Source: Mobula hypostoma
Lineage: Eukaryota
DNA length: 64,000 nt
Assembly: GCF_963921235.1 (NCBI RefSeq)
Contig: NC_086097.1
Location: 104,658,001-104,722,000 of the forward strand
Direction of reading: 5' to 3'
Below, in pieces: positions 13,065 through 25,335 of this stretch; the stretch's first letter is position 1, and every line of letters begins with the position of its first letter. The position numbers and the translations under genes were made by a program. The notes below the pieces were generated by a model, which had not been told where the DNA came from, did no database searches, and was given only the letters and a program-made list of their open reading frames with translations.

Positions 13065-14180
13065 TTGGTGTGTGTGTTGTATTCGGCAACAATGGATATT
13101 GACGGGTTTTTGAAGACTCCTGACTCGGGATCTTTAGAGACTGCGAGAAAACCTGAGGTATTGGAGATTGCTAGGAAGTTGGATATTAAAGGAATTACGT
13201 GGAATTCCACCAAGGCATTCATACAAAAAAAAATCGCTGAACATTATATTAATTTGGAATTGTTTGATGCTGAGGTGTTAGAGAAGTTTCCAATGAGTAA
13301 TTTAGAAATGCAGTTGCATCTTGAACAGTTAAAGTTTGAAAAATTTAAAGTGGAAATGGCCGAAAGAGAGGCTAATAAAATAAGGGAATTTGAAGAAAGA
13401 GAAGCTGATAACCAGAGGAAATTCGAACTACAGATGCAGAAATTAAAGTCCGGGAGTCAGTCTTCTGGTTCTACGAAACAGTTTACTGCTAGTCGTGAGG
13501 TTATTTTGGCTCCTCCATTTAATGAAGCTGATGTGGACACATATTTCCAACATTTCGAAACAGTTGCTCTGAGTTTAAAGTGGCCGAAAGACCAATGGCC
13601 AGTGATGTTACAAAGTGTAATTAAAGGCAAGGCACAACAAGTTTATACAGTTTTAAATGCTGAGCAAGCACTGGATTATGATATTGTTAAGCAGCACATA
13701 TTAAAGGCATATGAGATGGTTCCGGAAGCGTATAGAGAAAGATTTAGAAGTTTAAAGAGATCAGTGGAAAAAACTTATGTGGAATTTGCCTATGAGAAAT
13801 CTGTGTGTTTTGAGAGATGGGTTTCCTCTAAAAATGTAAATGGGGAGTATAATAAATTAAGAGAGTTGATTTTGCAGGAGGAATTTAAAAGAAGCATTCC
13901 TGTTGAAGTGAGAACATACTTAAATGAACAGGACACTGCTACATTGCAGGAGATTGCTAAATTGGCTGATGAGAATGTTTTAATTCACAAGAATAAATTT
14001 TCTCCAGGTAAAATTTTTAAAAGGAAAACTAGCACAGAGAGTCAAGGTAAACCAGAAATTAAATCTGAAGTTAGTGAGATAAGTAAGGATGAAGGGAGAC
14101 ATGTGAAGGAAGGACATTTTGTATTATTTGTAATTATTGTAAAAAACCTGGACATGTAGTAGCTAATTGCTTCCGATTGA
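13065..14180 (+). pseudogene. Gmr1-type Gag (coiled coil, SCAN-like capsid C-terminal region, frameshifted CCHC knuckle)
   Basis: 364-aa ORF with PPFNEADVDTYFQHFE..WPKDQW..GKAQ..YDIVK..PEAYRERFR..LILQEEF; CNYCKKPGHVVANC follows in a shifted frame. Confidence 0.85.
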
Positions 14181-14299
14181 AACGGAAAGAGAAAGAAGCG
14201 GTCCCAGGTGCTTGTATGCAGCATATTGAAAAACCTGTAAAACCACAGGGTTTAGAAAATATTAATGAAGATGTGTCAGAGTCTGACCAAGTGAAGAAG

Positions 14300-17200
14300 G
14301 GATATGAAGCTTTTATAACAGAAGGATTTATATCCTTGAATGAAGGATCCAAGTCAGTACCAATAAGGATACTTAGAGATACTGGAGCTTCACAATATTA
14401 GACAGTGTGCTAAGGTTTAGTGATGAGTCTGACATTGGTGAGGTAAATTACATAAGAGGAGTAGGGAGTGCCCTTATGCCAGTACATTTACATAGAGCAA
14501 ATTTAAGGTCAGGATTAGTTACAGGGGTTGTTAAAGCAGGACTACAATCTAGTTTACCTGTGAATGATGTTTCTCTTTTGTTAGGGAATGATTTAGCAGG
14601 TGGACAAGTTTTCCTGAAGTGCATTTGACAATAAATTCAAATTCTGAGGAACCACAGAGGGATTCTAACACAGATTCTTCCTGTGTTGTAACTAGAGCTA
14701 TGGCTAAAAAGACTGATGTAAAGAATGAGGTTGTTACCTATGACAGTTCAAATCAAGAATCAAATTTTGAGGATGTATCAGAAACTTTTTTGCCTACATT
14801 ATTTGATCAGGATTTTGATGGTAAGTCTGACCAGGAAGATTTGTCTTTATCTCGGAAGGAAATGATAGCAGAGCAGGGTAGAGATCCTGAGATAGTTAAA
14901 TTAAAAGAACAAGCTCTTCCAGATAGTGAAATGGAAAAAGTACCAGCTGGATATTATTTTGAAAAGGGGGTATTAATGAGAACCTACAATTCCTGCTGGT
15001 GAGGAATGGGAAGTTAATCATCAGTTAGTAGTTCCTAAAATTTACCGAAATGAGATTTTAACTATGGCTCATAGTATTCCTTTGGGTGGTCACTTAGGTG
15101 TAAAGAAAACTATGAACAAAATTTCTAAACATTTTTATTGGCCTGGTGTAAGACGAGATGTGGCGTCATTTTGTAGAACATGTCATACGTGTCAAACTGT
15201 TGGTAAACTCCAGTGGCCCCACTGCAACCAATTCCAGTATTCGGTGAGCCGTTCTCAAAAACCATTGTGGACTGTGTAGGTCCTTTGCCAAAAACTAAAA
15301 TTGGACATCAATATTTATTAACTATTATGTGCACAGAGTCTAGGTTTTCAAAGGCAGTACCTCTTAGGATTATACAGCCAAAACTGTGACAAAGGCACGT
15401 ATAAAATTCTTTACTTATTTGGGGTTGCCTAAGGAAATACAATCAGATCAAGGTAGTAATTTTATGTCGGGGTTGTTTCAGCAGATAGTTTATAAACTGG
15501 GGGCAAAACAGATTATTTCCTCGTCTATCATCCAGAATCACAAGGAGCCTTGCAGAGATTTCATTCTACACTAAAAACTATGATCAGGACATATTGTGTG
15601 GAAAATGAAAAGGACTGGGATGAAGGTATACATTTACTACTTTTTGCAGTAAGGGAGGCAGTACAGGAATCATTAGGTTTTAGTCCTTTTGAACTTGTGT
15701 TTGGACATAGAGTTCAAGGACCTTTGGCTTTGTTGAAGGAACAGTGGATTAATAAAGAAGTACACACTAGTTTGCTAGATTATGTTCTGAAATATAAAGA
15801 CAGATTGTACAAAGCTTGTAGCTTGGCCAAGGAAAATTTAAAGTTAGCTCAAGAGAAGATGAAGACGTGGTACGATAAGGAAGCTAGGATGAGGTCATTT
15901 AAGCCTGGAGATAAGGTGTTGGTTCTTTTCCCAGTGCAAACGAACCCATTACAAGCCAAATTCCATGGTCCTTATGAGATTAAATCTAACGTAAATGATG
16001 TGGATTATGTGGTAAAAACCCCAGATCGGAGGAAGACAACACAGCTGTGTCATATAAATATGATAAAACCGTATTATGAGAGAAAGGTTGCTACTATGAC
16101 TGTTGTGATCAATAATGAGTCTGATCTTGATGGAATCTTACTGGAGGATTTGTCTGAAACTCACTTTAAACCCAACATTATTTCAGCCAGGTTACCAAAT
16201 TCAAAACTTCTGGAAAATATTGATGAAAAATGAGCTAATTTACGGCCAGAGCAGAGAGAGCAGATGAAACAGTTAATTTTTATATATATTTATTTCCAGA
16301 CGTCCCTAGAAGAACCACCGCAGCTGCACATTATGTAGATGTTGGAGATGCAAAATCCATAAAACAACATCCATATCGAATGAACAGGGAAAAATGTGAA
16401 CTTGCTGAACAAGAAATTAAGTATATGTTAGAGAATGATATTATTAGATATTCTAATTCGAATTGTAGTTCACCGTGTTATGGTGCCTAAGCCCGACCAT
16501 AGTTTTAGGTTTTGTACAGATTACAGAAGGGTGAGTGCTGCGACAAAAACTGATGCATATCCAATCCCTAGAGTAGATGATTGTGTGGATAAAGTTGGAC
16601 AGGCCAAATTCCTTACAAAAATTGATTTGTTAAAAGGTTATTGGAGTGTTCCATTTAAGGATAGAGGTAGAGAGATTTCAGCATTTGTAACCCCATCTGG
16701 GTTATATGAATATAATGTTCTTCCATTTGGGATGAAGAATGCACCAGGTACTTTTCAGAGGATGATTAATGGATTAAAAGATACAGATGCCTATATTGAT
16801 GATTTGGTTACAGGGAATAATACGCGGAAAGCACATGTTATGGCAGTGGAGAAATTATTTGAGAGACTTTCAAAAGCTAACTTAACTATTAACTTCGCTA
16901 AGAGTAAATTTAGTCATGCCACAGTGACTTACCTTGGTTATGTTGTGGGTCAGGGAAAATTAGCACCTGTTCAAGCAAAAGTTCAGGCAATTTTAGAAGT
17001 ACCCACTCCAACTGATAGAAAAACTCTCAGAAGATTCTCAGATATCACAGAAAATTTTGTAAGGATCTTGCAAACATTGTTCTTCCATTAACTAATCTCT
17101 TGAAGAAAAATGAGAAATTTGTTTGGATAGAGTCTTGTCGGGAGGCATTTGATAAATTGAAAGCTATAATGTGTAGTCAACCTATACTTAAATCTCCTCA

Positions 17201-17600
17201 CTTTGAAAAACCATTTTCATTAGCTGTAGATGCTAGTGATGAAGCTGCAGGAGAAGTGTTACTTCAAAAAGATGATGGTGATGAAGTTGAACGTCCGGTA
17301 GCTTATTTTTCTAAGAAATTTAATGCCCATCAAAGAAATTATTCAACAATAGAAAAAGCATTGTTATCTCTTGTTTTAGCTTTACAACATTTTGAAGTGT
17401 ACATTGGTTCTACTCATAAACCACTCACAGTTTATACAGATCACAATCCATCACTGTTTTTGAGTAAAATGAAAAACAAAAATAGATTATTAAATTGCAG
17501 TCTAATGTTACAGGAGTACAATATTTTGATCACTCATATTAAGGGTAAAGACAATATGATCACTGATTGTTTGTCTAGATGTCAAATGTACAATGAAAAT
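14300..17600 (+). pseudogene. Gmr1-type pol: protease, integrase, RT, RNase H (fragmented)
   Basis: ILRDTGASQ (about 14370); integrase HHCC GGHLG..CHTC (15064), QSDQGSNF, RFHSTLK, FHGPY; RT FCTDYR, PFGMKNAP, YIDD (16435-17091); RNase H LAVDASD, NYSTIEK, VYTDH (17100 onward). Confidence 0.9.
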
Positions 17601-17756
17601 TTGTTGTTTTGGAGTGATATTTTAACATTCGTAACATTCCCACTGTACATTAGTTTGTAAAGGGCTGAAAAATAAGATTGTATGTACTCTGTATTTTGTA
17701 AATTTTATACCTTTGTATTTTGTATAAATTGTTAAAATTTTGTTCAAGAGACCAAA

Positions 17757-18604
17757 AATGATCTTTTGGAGGTCACCTGATGTGATTTTCCCGCCAATGT
17801 GAGGTCACGTGATGGCATGTGCCCCATGGCTATATAAGGGTCGACCCAGGTGACGCAGTTGGTTTTTAGTTTGTAGATTTCCAGGTAGGATGTGCTGTAT
17901 CTTCGTTTCTGTTGCGTGTTTGTTTTTGTGACACAGTTTCATTTTTAAAACGGTTTTGCGTTCTATTGCAAGATACCATATTATTGGACTGGAAATTTTT
18001 GGCTAGATGTGTTGATTTACCCAATTCCAACAGTAGAAGGGAGAGTGAAGAATTTATCGAAGTACAGGAGCGAAGGATCGAGAAAAGTCAGCATCGTTTG
18101 GCAGTTTAATAAAGGACCGACCTTATTGAGGCTTCATTGGAGGAGTAGCTACCTGCATCGGAGATAACTCTTTCCAAAAAGAGCAAGGAGTTCATGCAAT
18201 GGTGCTCTCTCTCTAAAAGAATTTAAGGTCAGTTGTTTTAAACTGTTTATTTTCGGCATCGTGAATCCTGTGGACAGAACCAGCAGGAAAGTTGTGTCTG
18301 TGATGAAATCCTTTTCCAGAGAAGTCTCTCCCAATTGAACGTGCAAATCTGTTCGACTTTCAAATTTACCATTTTAAGAACTATATCTGACTTTACTGCT
18401 TTAAGAACTGTTTTCGCATTTAACGCTTTAAGAACCAGTGCCGAGTGACGGAGTGATTTGTTGAATGGCTGCATAACGGTTATCTTCCGGTTAAAGTTTT
18501 CATTTGTTTTTTTTAACCTTATGGTTTATCCGTGTTTAATAAATGTTTGGTTGTTTTTATATAACCTGTCTCGATTGATATTCATTGTTGCCAGTTACGT
18601 AACA
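17757..18604 (+). repeat. 3' LTR of the Gmr1-like element, lacking its first ~45 bp and the polypurine tract
   Basis: Homology to the 5' LTR starts at aatg(a/g)tcttttggaggtcac; ends taaca followed by the TSD. Confidence 0.88.
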
Positions 18605-18913
18605 GAATATACCCAAAATTTCTATTCAAGATTTGAATACATTAGATGTGACTATTAAACAAGAGGAAATAGCAAGGGCTATATCCTATTTTCAAACAGG
18701 TAAAGCTCCGGGACTGGATAGATTTACAGTAGAATGTTTTAAAACTTTTACTGAAATACTTACACCTCAGCTATCCCAAATTTTCACTGATCCTATATCC
18801 TCAGGGACCCTTCCGAAAACTTTTTATGCCCTTCCTTTGTTGCTAAACTGTTTTTTGATAGAACAGACACAAAAATGTTATCTTATATTTGGAATAATAA
18901 AAATCCTAGATTG
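18605..18913 (+). pseudogene. L1 ORF2 piece 4, with internal deletion of the RT core
   Basis: NIPKIS...GKAPGLDRF...GTLPKTFY is followed directly (about 18830) by the post-RT segment PSFVAKLFFD..LSYIWNNKNPRL. Confidence 0.8.
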
Positions 18914-21032
18914 AAACATAGAAACATAGAAAATAGGTGCAGGAGTAGGCCATTCGGCCCTTCGAGCCTGCACCGCCATTTATTATGATCATGGCTGATC
19001 ATCCAACTCAGAACCCTGCCCCAGCCTTCCCTCCATACCCCCTGACCCCCGTAGCCACAAGGGCCATATCTAACTCCCTCTTAAATATAGCCAATGAACT
19101 GGCCTCAACTGTTTCCTGTGGCAGAGAATTCCACAGATTCACCACTCTCTGTGTGAAGAAGTTTTTCCGCATCTCGGTCCTAAAAGGCTTCCCCTCTATC
19201 CTCAAACTGTGGCCCCTCGTTCTGGACTTCCCCAACATCAGGAACAATCTTCCTGCATCTAGCCTGTCCAATCCCTTTAGGATCTTATACGTTTCAATCA
19301 GATTCCCCCTCAATCTTCTAAATTCCAACGAGTACAAGCCCAGTTCATCCAGTCTTTCTTTATATGAAAGTCCTGCCATCCCAGGAATCAATCTGGTGAA
19401 CCTTCTTTGTACTCCCTCTATGGCAAAGATGTCTTTCCTCAGATTAGGGGACCAAAACTGCACACAATACTCCAGGTGTGGTCTCACCAAGGCCTTGTAC
19501 AACTGCAGTAGTACCTCCCTGCTCCTGTACTCGAATCCTCTCGCTATAAATGCCAGCATACCATTCGCCTTTTTCACCGCCTGCTGTACCTGCATGCCCA
19601 CTTTCAATGACTGGTGTATAATGACACCCAGGTCTCGTTGCACCTCCCCTTTTCCTAATCGGCCACCATTCAGATAATAATCTGTTTTCCTATTTTTGCC
19701 ACCAAAGTGGATAACTTCACATTTATCCACATTAAATTGCATCTGCCATGAATTTGCCCACTCACCCAACCTATCCAAGTCACCCTGCATCCTCTTAGCA
19801 TCCTCCTCACAGCTAACACTGCCACCCAGCTTCGTGTCATCTGCAAACTTGGAGATGCTGCATTTAATTCCCTCATCCAAGTCATTAATATATATTGTAA
19901 ACAACTGGGGTCCCAGCACTGAGCCTTGCGGTACCCCACTAGTCACCGCCTGCCATTCTGAAAAGGTCCCGTTTATTCCCACTCTTTGCTTCCTGTCTGC
20001 TAACCAATTCTCCATCCACATCAATACCTTACCCCCAATACCGTGTGCTTTAAGTTTGCACACTAATCTCCTGTGTGGGACCTTGTCAAAAGCCTTTTGA
20101 AAATCCAAATATACCACATCCACTGGTTCTCCCCTATCCACTCTACTAGTTACATCCTCAAAAAATTCTATGAGATTCGTCAGACATGATTTTCCTTTCA
20201 CAAATCCATGCTGACTTTGTCCGATCATTTCACCGCTTTCCAAATGTGCTGTTATCACATCCTTGATAACTGACTCCAGCAGTTTCCCCACCACCGACGT
20301 TAGGCTAACCGGTCTATAATTCCCTGGTTTCTCTCTCCCTCCTTTTTTAAAAAGTGGAGTTACATTAGCAACCCTCCAATCCTCAGGAACTAGTCCAGAA
20401 TCTAACGAGTTTTGAAAAATTATCACTAATGCATCCACATTTCTTGGGCTACTTCCTTAAGCACTCTAGGATGCAGACCATCTGGCCCTGGGGATTTATC
20501 TGCCTTCAATCCCTTCAATTTACCTAACACCACTTCCCTACTAACATGTATTTCGCTCAGTTCCTCCATCTCACTGGACCCTCTGTCCCCTACTATTTCT
20601 GGAAGATTATTTATGTCCTCCTTAGTGAAGACAGAACCAAAGTAATTATTCAATTGGTCTGCCATGTCTTTGCTCCCCATAATCAATTCACCTGTTTCTG
20701 TCTGCAAGGGACCTACATTTGTCTTTACCAGTCTTTTCCTTTATACATATCTATAAAAGCTTTTACAGTCTGTTTTTATGTTCCCTGCCAGTTTTCTCTC
20801 ATAATCTTTTTTCCCCTTCCTAATTAAGCCCTTTGTCCTCCTCTGCTGAACTCTGAATTTCTCCCAGTCCTCAGGTGAGCCACTTTCTCTGGCTAATTTG
20901 TATGCTTCTTCTTTGAAATTGATACTATCCCTAATTTCTCTTGTCAGCCACGGGTGCACTACCTTCCTTGATTTATTCTTTTGCCAAACTGGGATGAACA
21001 ATTGTTGTAGTTCATCTATGCAACCTTTAAAT
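18914..21032 (-). mobile_element. Young 5'-truncated CR1 LINE
   Basis: (aaacatag)n tail; long open RT frame; few disruptions. Confidence 0.92.
19008..20438 (-). CDS. CR1 ORF2 reverse transcriptase and C-terminus (476 aa, uninterrupted)
   Basis: [65 protein letters not shown]. Confidence 0.85.
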   Translation of the reverse strand: MDALVIIFQNSLDSGLVPEDWRVANVTPLFKKGGREKPGNYRPVSLTSVVGKLLESVIKDVITAHLESGEMIGQSQHGFVKGKSCLTNLIEFFEDVTSRVDRGEPVDVVYLDFQKAFDKVPHRRLVCKLKAHGIGGKVLMWMENWLADRKQRVGINGTFSEWQAVTSGVPQGSVLGPQLFTIYINDLDEGIKCSISKFADDTKLGGSVSCEEDAKRMQGDLDRLGEWANSWQMQFNVDKCEVIHFGGKNRKTDYYLNGGRLGKGEVQRDLGVIIHQSLKVGMQVQQAVKKANGMLAFIARGFEYRSREVLLQLYKALVRPHLEYCVQFWSPNLRKDIFAIEGVQRRFTRLIPGMAGLSYKERLDELGLYSLEFRRLRGNLIETYKILKGLDRLDAGRLFLMLGKSRTRGHSLRIEGKPFRTEMRKNFFTQRVVNLWNSLPQETVEASSLAIFKRELDMALVATGVRGYGGKAGAGF

Positions 21033-21219
21033 AGAGTAAACCTCTATTACAGAAACTAAAAAAGCATGGTGGTATGGCTTTGCCAAATTTTAGAATGTAT
21101 TACTGAGCAATTAATATTCGATATATTTTGTTTTGGATTCATTGTTCAGATATACATGAATGTCCTTTATGGGTGGATTTGGAGAAAAACTCGGTGAAGG
21201 GGTATTCTTTGGCCTACTC
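21033..21219 (+). pseudogene. L1 ORF2 piece 5
   Basis: SKPLLQKLKKHGGMALPNFRMYY*AINIRYILFW. Confidence 0.85.
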
Positions 21220-23700
21220 TACAGAGGAGCAGATTGGGAAGCAGATTTTGGAAAGGTGCAAAAATAACAGGGTTGTTATCATAGGTGACTTTAAATTCCC
21301 TAATATTGATTGGCACCTGATTAGTTCCAAGGGTTTAGATGGGGCAGAGTTTGTTAAGTGTGCCCAGGACGGAATCCTGTCACAGTATGTGGACAGGCCG
21401 ACTAGGGGGAATGTCATACTAGATCTAGTACTAGGTAATGAACCGGGTCAGGTCACAGATCGCTCAGTGGATGAGCATCTGGGGGACAGTGACCACCGCT
21501 CCCTGGCATTTAGCATTATCATGGAAAAGGATAGAATCAGAGAGGACAGGAAAATTCTTAACTGGGGAAGGGCAAATTATGAGGATATAAGGCTAGAACT
21601 TACGGGTGTGAATTGGGATGATATTTTTGCAGGGAAATGTACTATGGACATGTGGTCGATGTTTAGAGATCTCTTGCAGGATGTTAGGGATAAATTTGTT
21701 CCGGTGAGGAAGATAAAAAATGGTAGGGTGAAGGAACCATGGGTGACAAGTGAGGTGGAAAATCTAGTCAGGTGGAAGAAGGCAGCATACATGAGGTTTA
21801 GGAAGTAAGGATCAGATGGGTCTATTGAGGAATAAAGGGAAGCAAGAAAGGAGATTAAAAAGGGGCTGAGAAGAGCAAGAAGGGGGCATGAGAAGGCCTT
21901 GGCGAGCAGAGTAAAGGAAAACCCCAAGGCGTTCTTCAATTATGTGAAAAACAAAAGGATGGCAGGAGTGAAGGTAGGATCGATTAGAGATAAAGGTGGG
22001 AAGATGTGCCTGGAGGCTGTGGAAGTGAGCAAGTTCCTCAATGAATACTTCTCTTCGGTATTCACCAATGAGAGGGAACTTGATGATGGTGAGGACAATA
22101 TGAGTGTTGTTCTGGAGCATGTTGATATTACGGGAGAGGAGGTGTTGAAGTTGTTAAAATACATTAGGACAGGTAAGTCCCCGGGGCCTGACGGAATATT
22201 CCCCAGGCTGCTCCATGCGGCGAGGGAAGAGATTGCTGAGCCTCTGGCTAGGATCCTTATGTCATTGTTGTCCCCGGGAATGGTACCAGAGAATTGGAGG
22301 GAGGCGAATGTTGTCCCCTTGTTCAAAAAAGGTAGTAGCGATAGTCCAGGTAATTATAGACCAGTGAGTCTTACGTCTGTGGTGGGAAAGCTGTTGGAAA
22401 AGATTCTTAGAGATAGGATCTCTGGGCATTTAGAGAATCACGGTCTGATCAGGGACAGTCAGCATGGCTTTGTGAAGGGCAGATCATGTCTAACAAGCCT
22501 GACAGAGTTCTTTGAGGAGGTGACCAGGCATATAGATGAGGGTAGAGCAGTGGATGTGATCTATATGGATTTTAGTAAGGCATTTGACAAGGTTCCACAC
22601 AGTAGGCATTCAGAAAGTCAGAAGGCATGGGATCCAGGGAAGTTTGGCCAGGTGGATTCAGAATTGGCTTCCCTGCAGAAGGCAGAGGGTCGTGGTGGAG
22701 GGAGTACATTCAGACTGCAGGATTGTGACTAGTGGTGTCCCACAAGGATCTGTTCTGGGACTTCTACTTTTCGTGATTTTTATTAACGACCTGGATGTGG
22801 AGGTAGAAGGCTGGGATGGCAAGTTTGCAGATGACACAAAGGTTAGTGGTGTTGTAGATAGTGTAGTGGATTGTCGAAGATTGCAGAGAGACATTGATAG
22901 GATGCAGAAGTGGCAGATGGAGTTCAATCCGTAGAAGTGTGAGGTGGTACACTTTGGAAGGACAAACTCCAAGGCAGAGTACAAAGTAAATGGCAGGATA
23001 CTTGGTAGTGTGGAGGAGCAGAGGGATCGGGGGGTACATGTCCACAGATCCCTGAAAGTTGCCTCACAGGTGGATAGGGTAGTTAAGAAAGCTTATGGGG
23101 TGTTAGCCTTCATAAGTCGAGGGATAGAGTTTAAGAGTCATGAGGTAATGATGCAGCTCTATAAAACTCTGGTTAGGCCACACTTGGAGTACTGTGTCCA
23201 GTTCTGGTTGCCTCACTATAGGAAGGATGTGGAAGCATTGGAAAGGGTACACAGGAGATTTACCAGGATGCTGCCTGGTTTAGAGAGTATGGATTATGAT
23301 CAGGGATTAAGGGAGCTAGGGCTTTACTCTTTGGAGAGAAGGAGGATGAGAGGAGACATGATAGAGGTGTACAAGATAGTAAGAGGAATAGATAGAGTGG
23401 ATAGCCAGCGCCTCTCCCCCGGGGCACCACTGCTCAATACAAGAGGACATGGCTTTAAGGTAAGGGGTGGGAAGTTCAAAGGGGATATCAGAGGAAGGTT
23501 TTTTACTCAGAGAGTGGTTGGTGCGTGGAATGCACTGCCTGAATCAGTGGTGGAGGCAGATACACTAGTCAAGTTTACGAGACTACTGGACAGGTATATG
23601 GAGGAATTTAAGTTGGGGGCTTATATGGGAGGCAGGGTTTGAGGATCGGCACAATATTGAAGGGCCTGTACTGTGCTGTACTATTCTATGTTCTATGTTC
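21220..23700 (+). mobile_element. 5'-truncated CR1 LINE, same family as 7421-11751 in opposite orientation
   Basis: Near-identical peptides to the 7421 copy (DRPTRGN.ILDLVLGNEPGQVTD..., EEFK.GAYMGGRV); tail ttctatgttctatgttc. Confidence 0.92.
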
Positions 23701-24750
23701 TTTACTGGGTGCACCTCTTCCTTTTTTGCTCTCCAAGATTGATAGTCAAGGCCTCAATCCCATTATTAAACATACATTGAGAATTTGGTTTCAGTTTCAT
23801 AGATTTTTTGAGTTTAATAACTTTGATCTTTCTAGTAAAATCCATCTTAATTATTTTTTTAAACCATCAATTTCAAATCAGAGCTTTTTAATTTGGAAAA
23901 CCAAAGGAATAATAACTTTTTTAGATTTGTTAATGGGGAATTGTTTAATGTCTTTCACTCAGTTAGTGGGCAAATATGACTTATCTAATGCACACTTTTT
24001 TAGTTACTTACAAATTAGGCATTTTTTACGTAGTTTACTTCCAAACTTTCCATCTGCTTATCCACCCAATATGATAGATACCCTTTTTCAGGTTAAATCA
24101 TTTCAAAAGGGACTGATAGCTATAATTTAGGAACGGTTATTGAATTTGCGAACGATATCGAACGATAAAATTAAACGTGTGTGGTAATTGGAATTTCAAG
24201 AGTCACTTTCAGGTAATCAATGGGATCAAATTTTTTTATTTGGTAAATACCTCATCTATTTGTGCCCGTCATTCCTTGATACAGTTCAAAGTAGTGCATC
24301 GGGCACATATGTCAAAGGATAAATTAGCCCGTATTTTTCTCAATATTAATCCTATTTGTGACAGATGTAATCTTGAGGTGACTACTTTAACTCATATGTT
24401 TTGGTCTTGTATCAAGATAGAGAATTTTTGGAAAGAACTTTAAAACTTTATCAAAAGTCTTGAATCTGGATTTGCAACCGAATTTATTTACAGCAATTTT
24501 TGGGATCATTCCACCGGAAGTAGGATATATTCCTGTTTCTGCTCAACGGATGATAGCTTTTACAACTTTATTGGCTAGGAGAGCTATTTTGCTTAAATGG
24601 AAGGATTCCAATCCACCTACTGTTTTTTATTGGCTTTCCTCCATTATGTCCTGTCCAAGTTTAGAGAAAATAAAAAGTCCGACATTTGATACATCCTTTA
24701 AATTTCAAGAAACCTGGCGACTTTTTATTCAATATTTTCACATGGTTTGA
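23701..24750 (+). pseudogene. L1 ORF2 piece 6 (C-terminal, zf-RVT CCHC)
   Basis: LLGAPLP..NPIIKHTLRIW..FFSYLQIRHF..LIQFKVVHRAH..CDRC..HMFWSC..ILLKWK..LEKIK. Confidence 0.88.
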
Positions 24751-25140
24751 TTTATTGCTGTTCCAGTTACTTCTTCGAAACTTTGGATTTGATCAGAAAG
24801 TTTCTTTTTCTTCTTGCTTTACTCTCAGTATGGGCTGCCCAGTCCCCTTTTTTTTCTTTTTTCTTTTTCTCTTTTGTTTTTACTTTTTTATGTTTATAGA
24901 GAATAGTGAGGTTCTATATGAATCATAAAAGTTTCTTTATCTTTTTTTTCTTCTCATGAAATGACAAGAGGAGAATTGATTATCTTATATTTTATTATAT
25001 ATTAGATTATTACTATGTATGATCTTGATAATGTTTATTTTACCTTTTATACGTATTGTTATTGATACAGATATTTGTGATAATTCTCCTCTTGTTTTTT
25101 TAATTGTACTTTTTTAATTAATAAAAAGATTGATAAAGAA

Positions 25141-25335
25141 AGAGTATAAGAGCGGGGATGTGAAGTTGAGGCTCTGTAAGGCACTACTGAGACCACACTT
25201 TGAGTATTGTGTGCAGTTTCAGGCTCCTTCTCTTAGAAAGGATATACTGACATTGGAAAGGGTTCAGAGAAGATTCTTGAGAATGATTCCAGGAATGAAA
25301 GGGTTAGCATATCAGGAATGTCAGGCAGCTCTTGG
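25141..25335 (+). mobile_element. Host CR1 piece 2
   Basis: EYKSGDVKLRLCKALLRPHFEYCVQF...GMKGLAYQECQAALG, resuming at 28771 as YSLKFRRM. Confidence 0.8.

Larger units (their letters stand above)
12085..18604 (+). mobile_element. Gmr1-like Ty3/Gypsy LTR retrotransposon, nearly complete but degraded
   Basis: TG...CA termini; 4-bp TSD GAAT at 12081-12084 and 18605-18608; two highly similar LTRs; internal order gag-PR-IN-RT-RNaseH. Confidence 0.93.
1926..25140 (+). mobile_element. Near full-length L1-clade LINE (about 5 kb of its own sequence) split into six collinear pieces by five nested insertions
   Basis: G-rich 5' start, ORF1, ORF2 endonuclease at 3727, C-terminal CCHC (CDRC..HMFWSC), T-rich 3' UTR, AATAAA at 25120 and an A-rich tail. 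Degenerate TSD: aaaatataagagc (1913-1925) and agagtataagagc (25141-25153). Confidence 0.9.

Noticed and set aside
14300..17600. Ty1/Copia element, or a rearranged assembly, because integrase precedes RT
   Set aside because: The RT, RNase H and GPY-type integrase motifs are Gypsy-like, and this order is the normal Gmr1 arrangement.
8059..22984. Numerous ORFs antisense to the CR1 RT frames
   Set aside because: They are shadow ORFs of LINE coding sequence.
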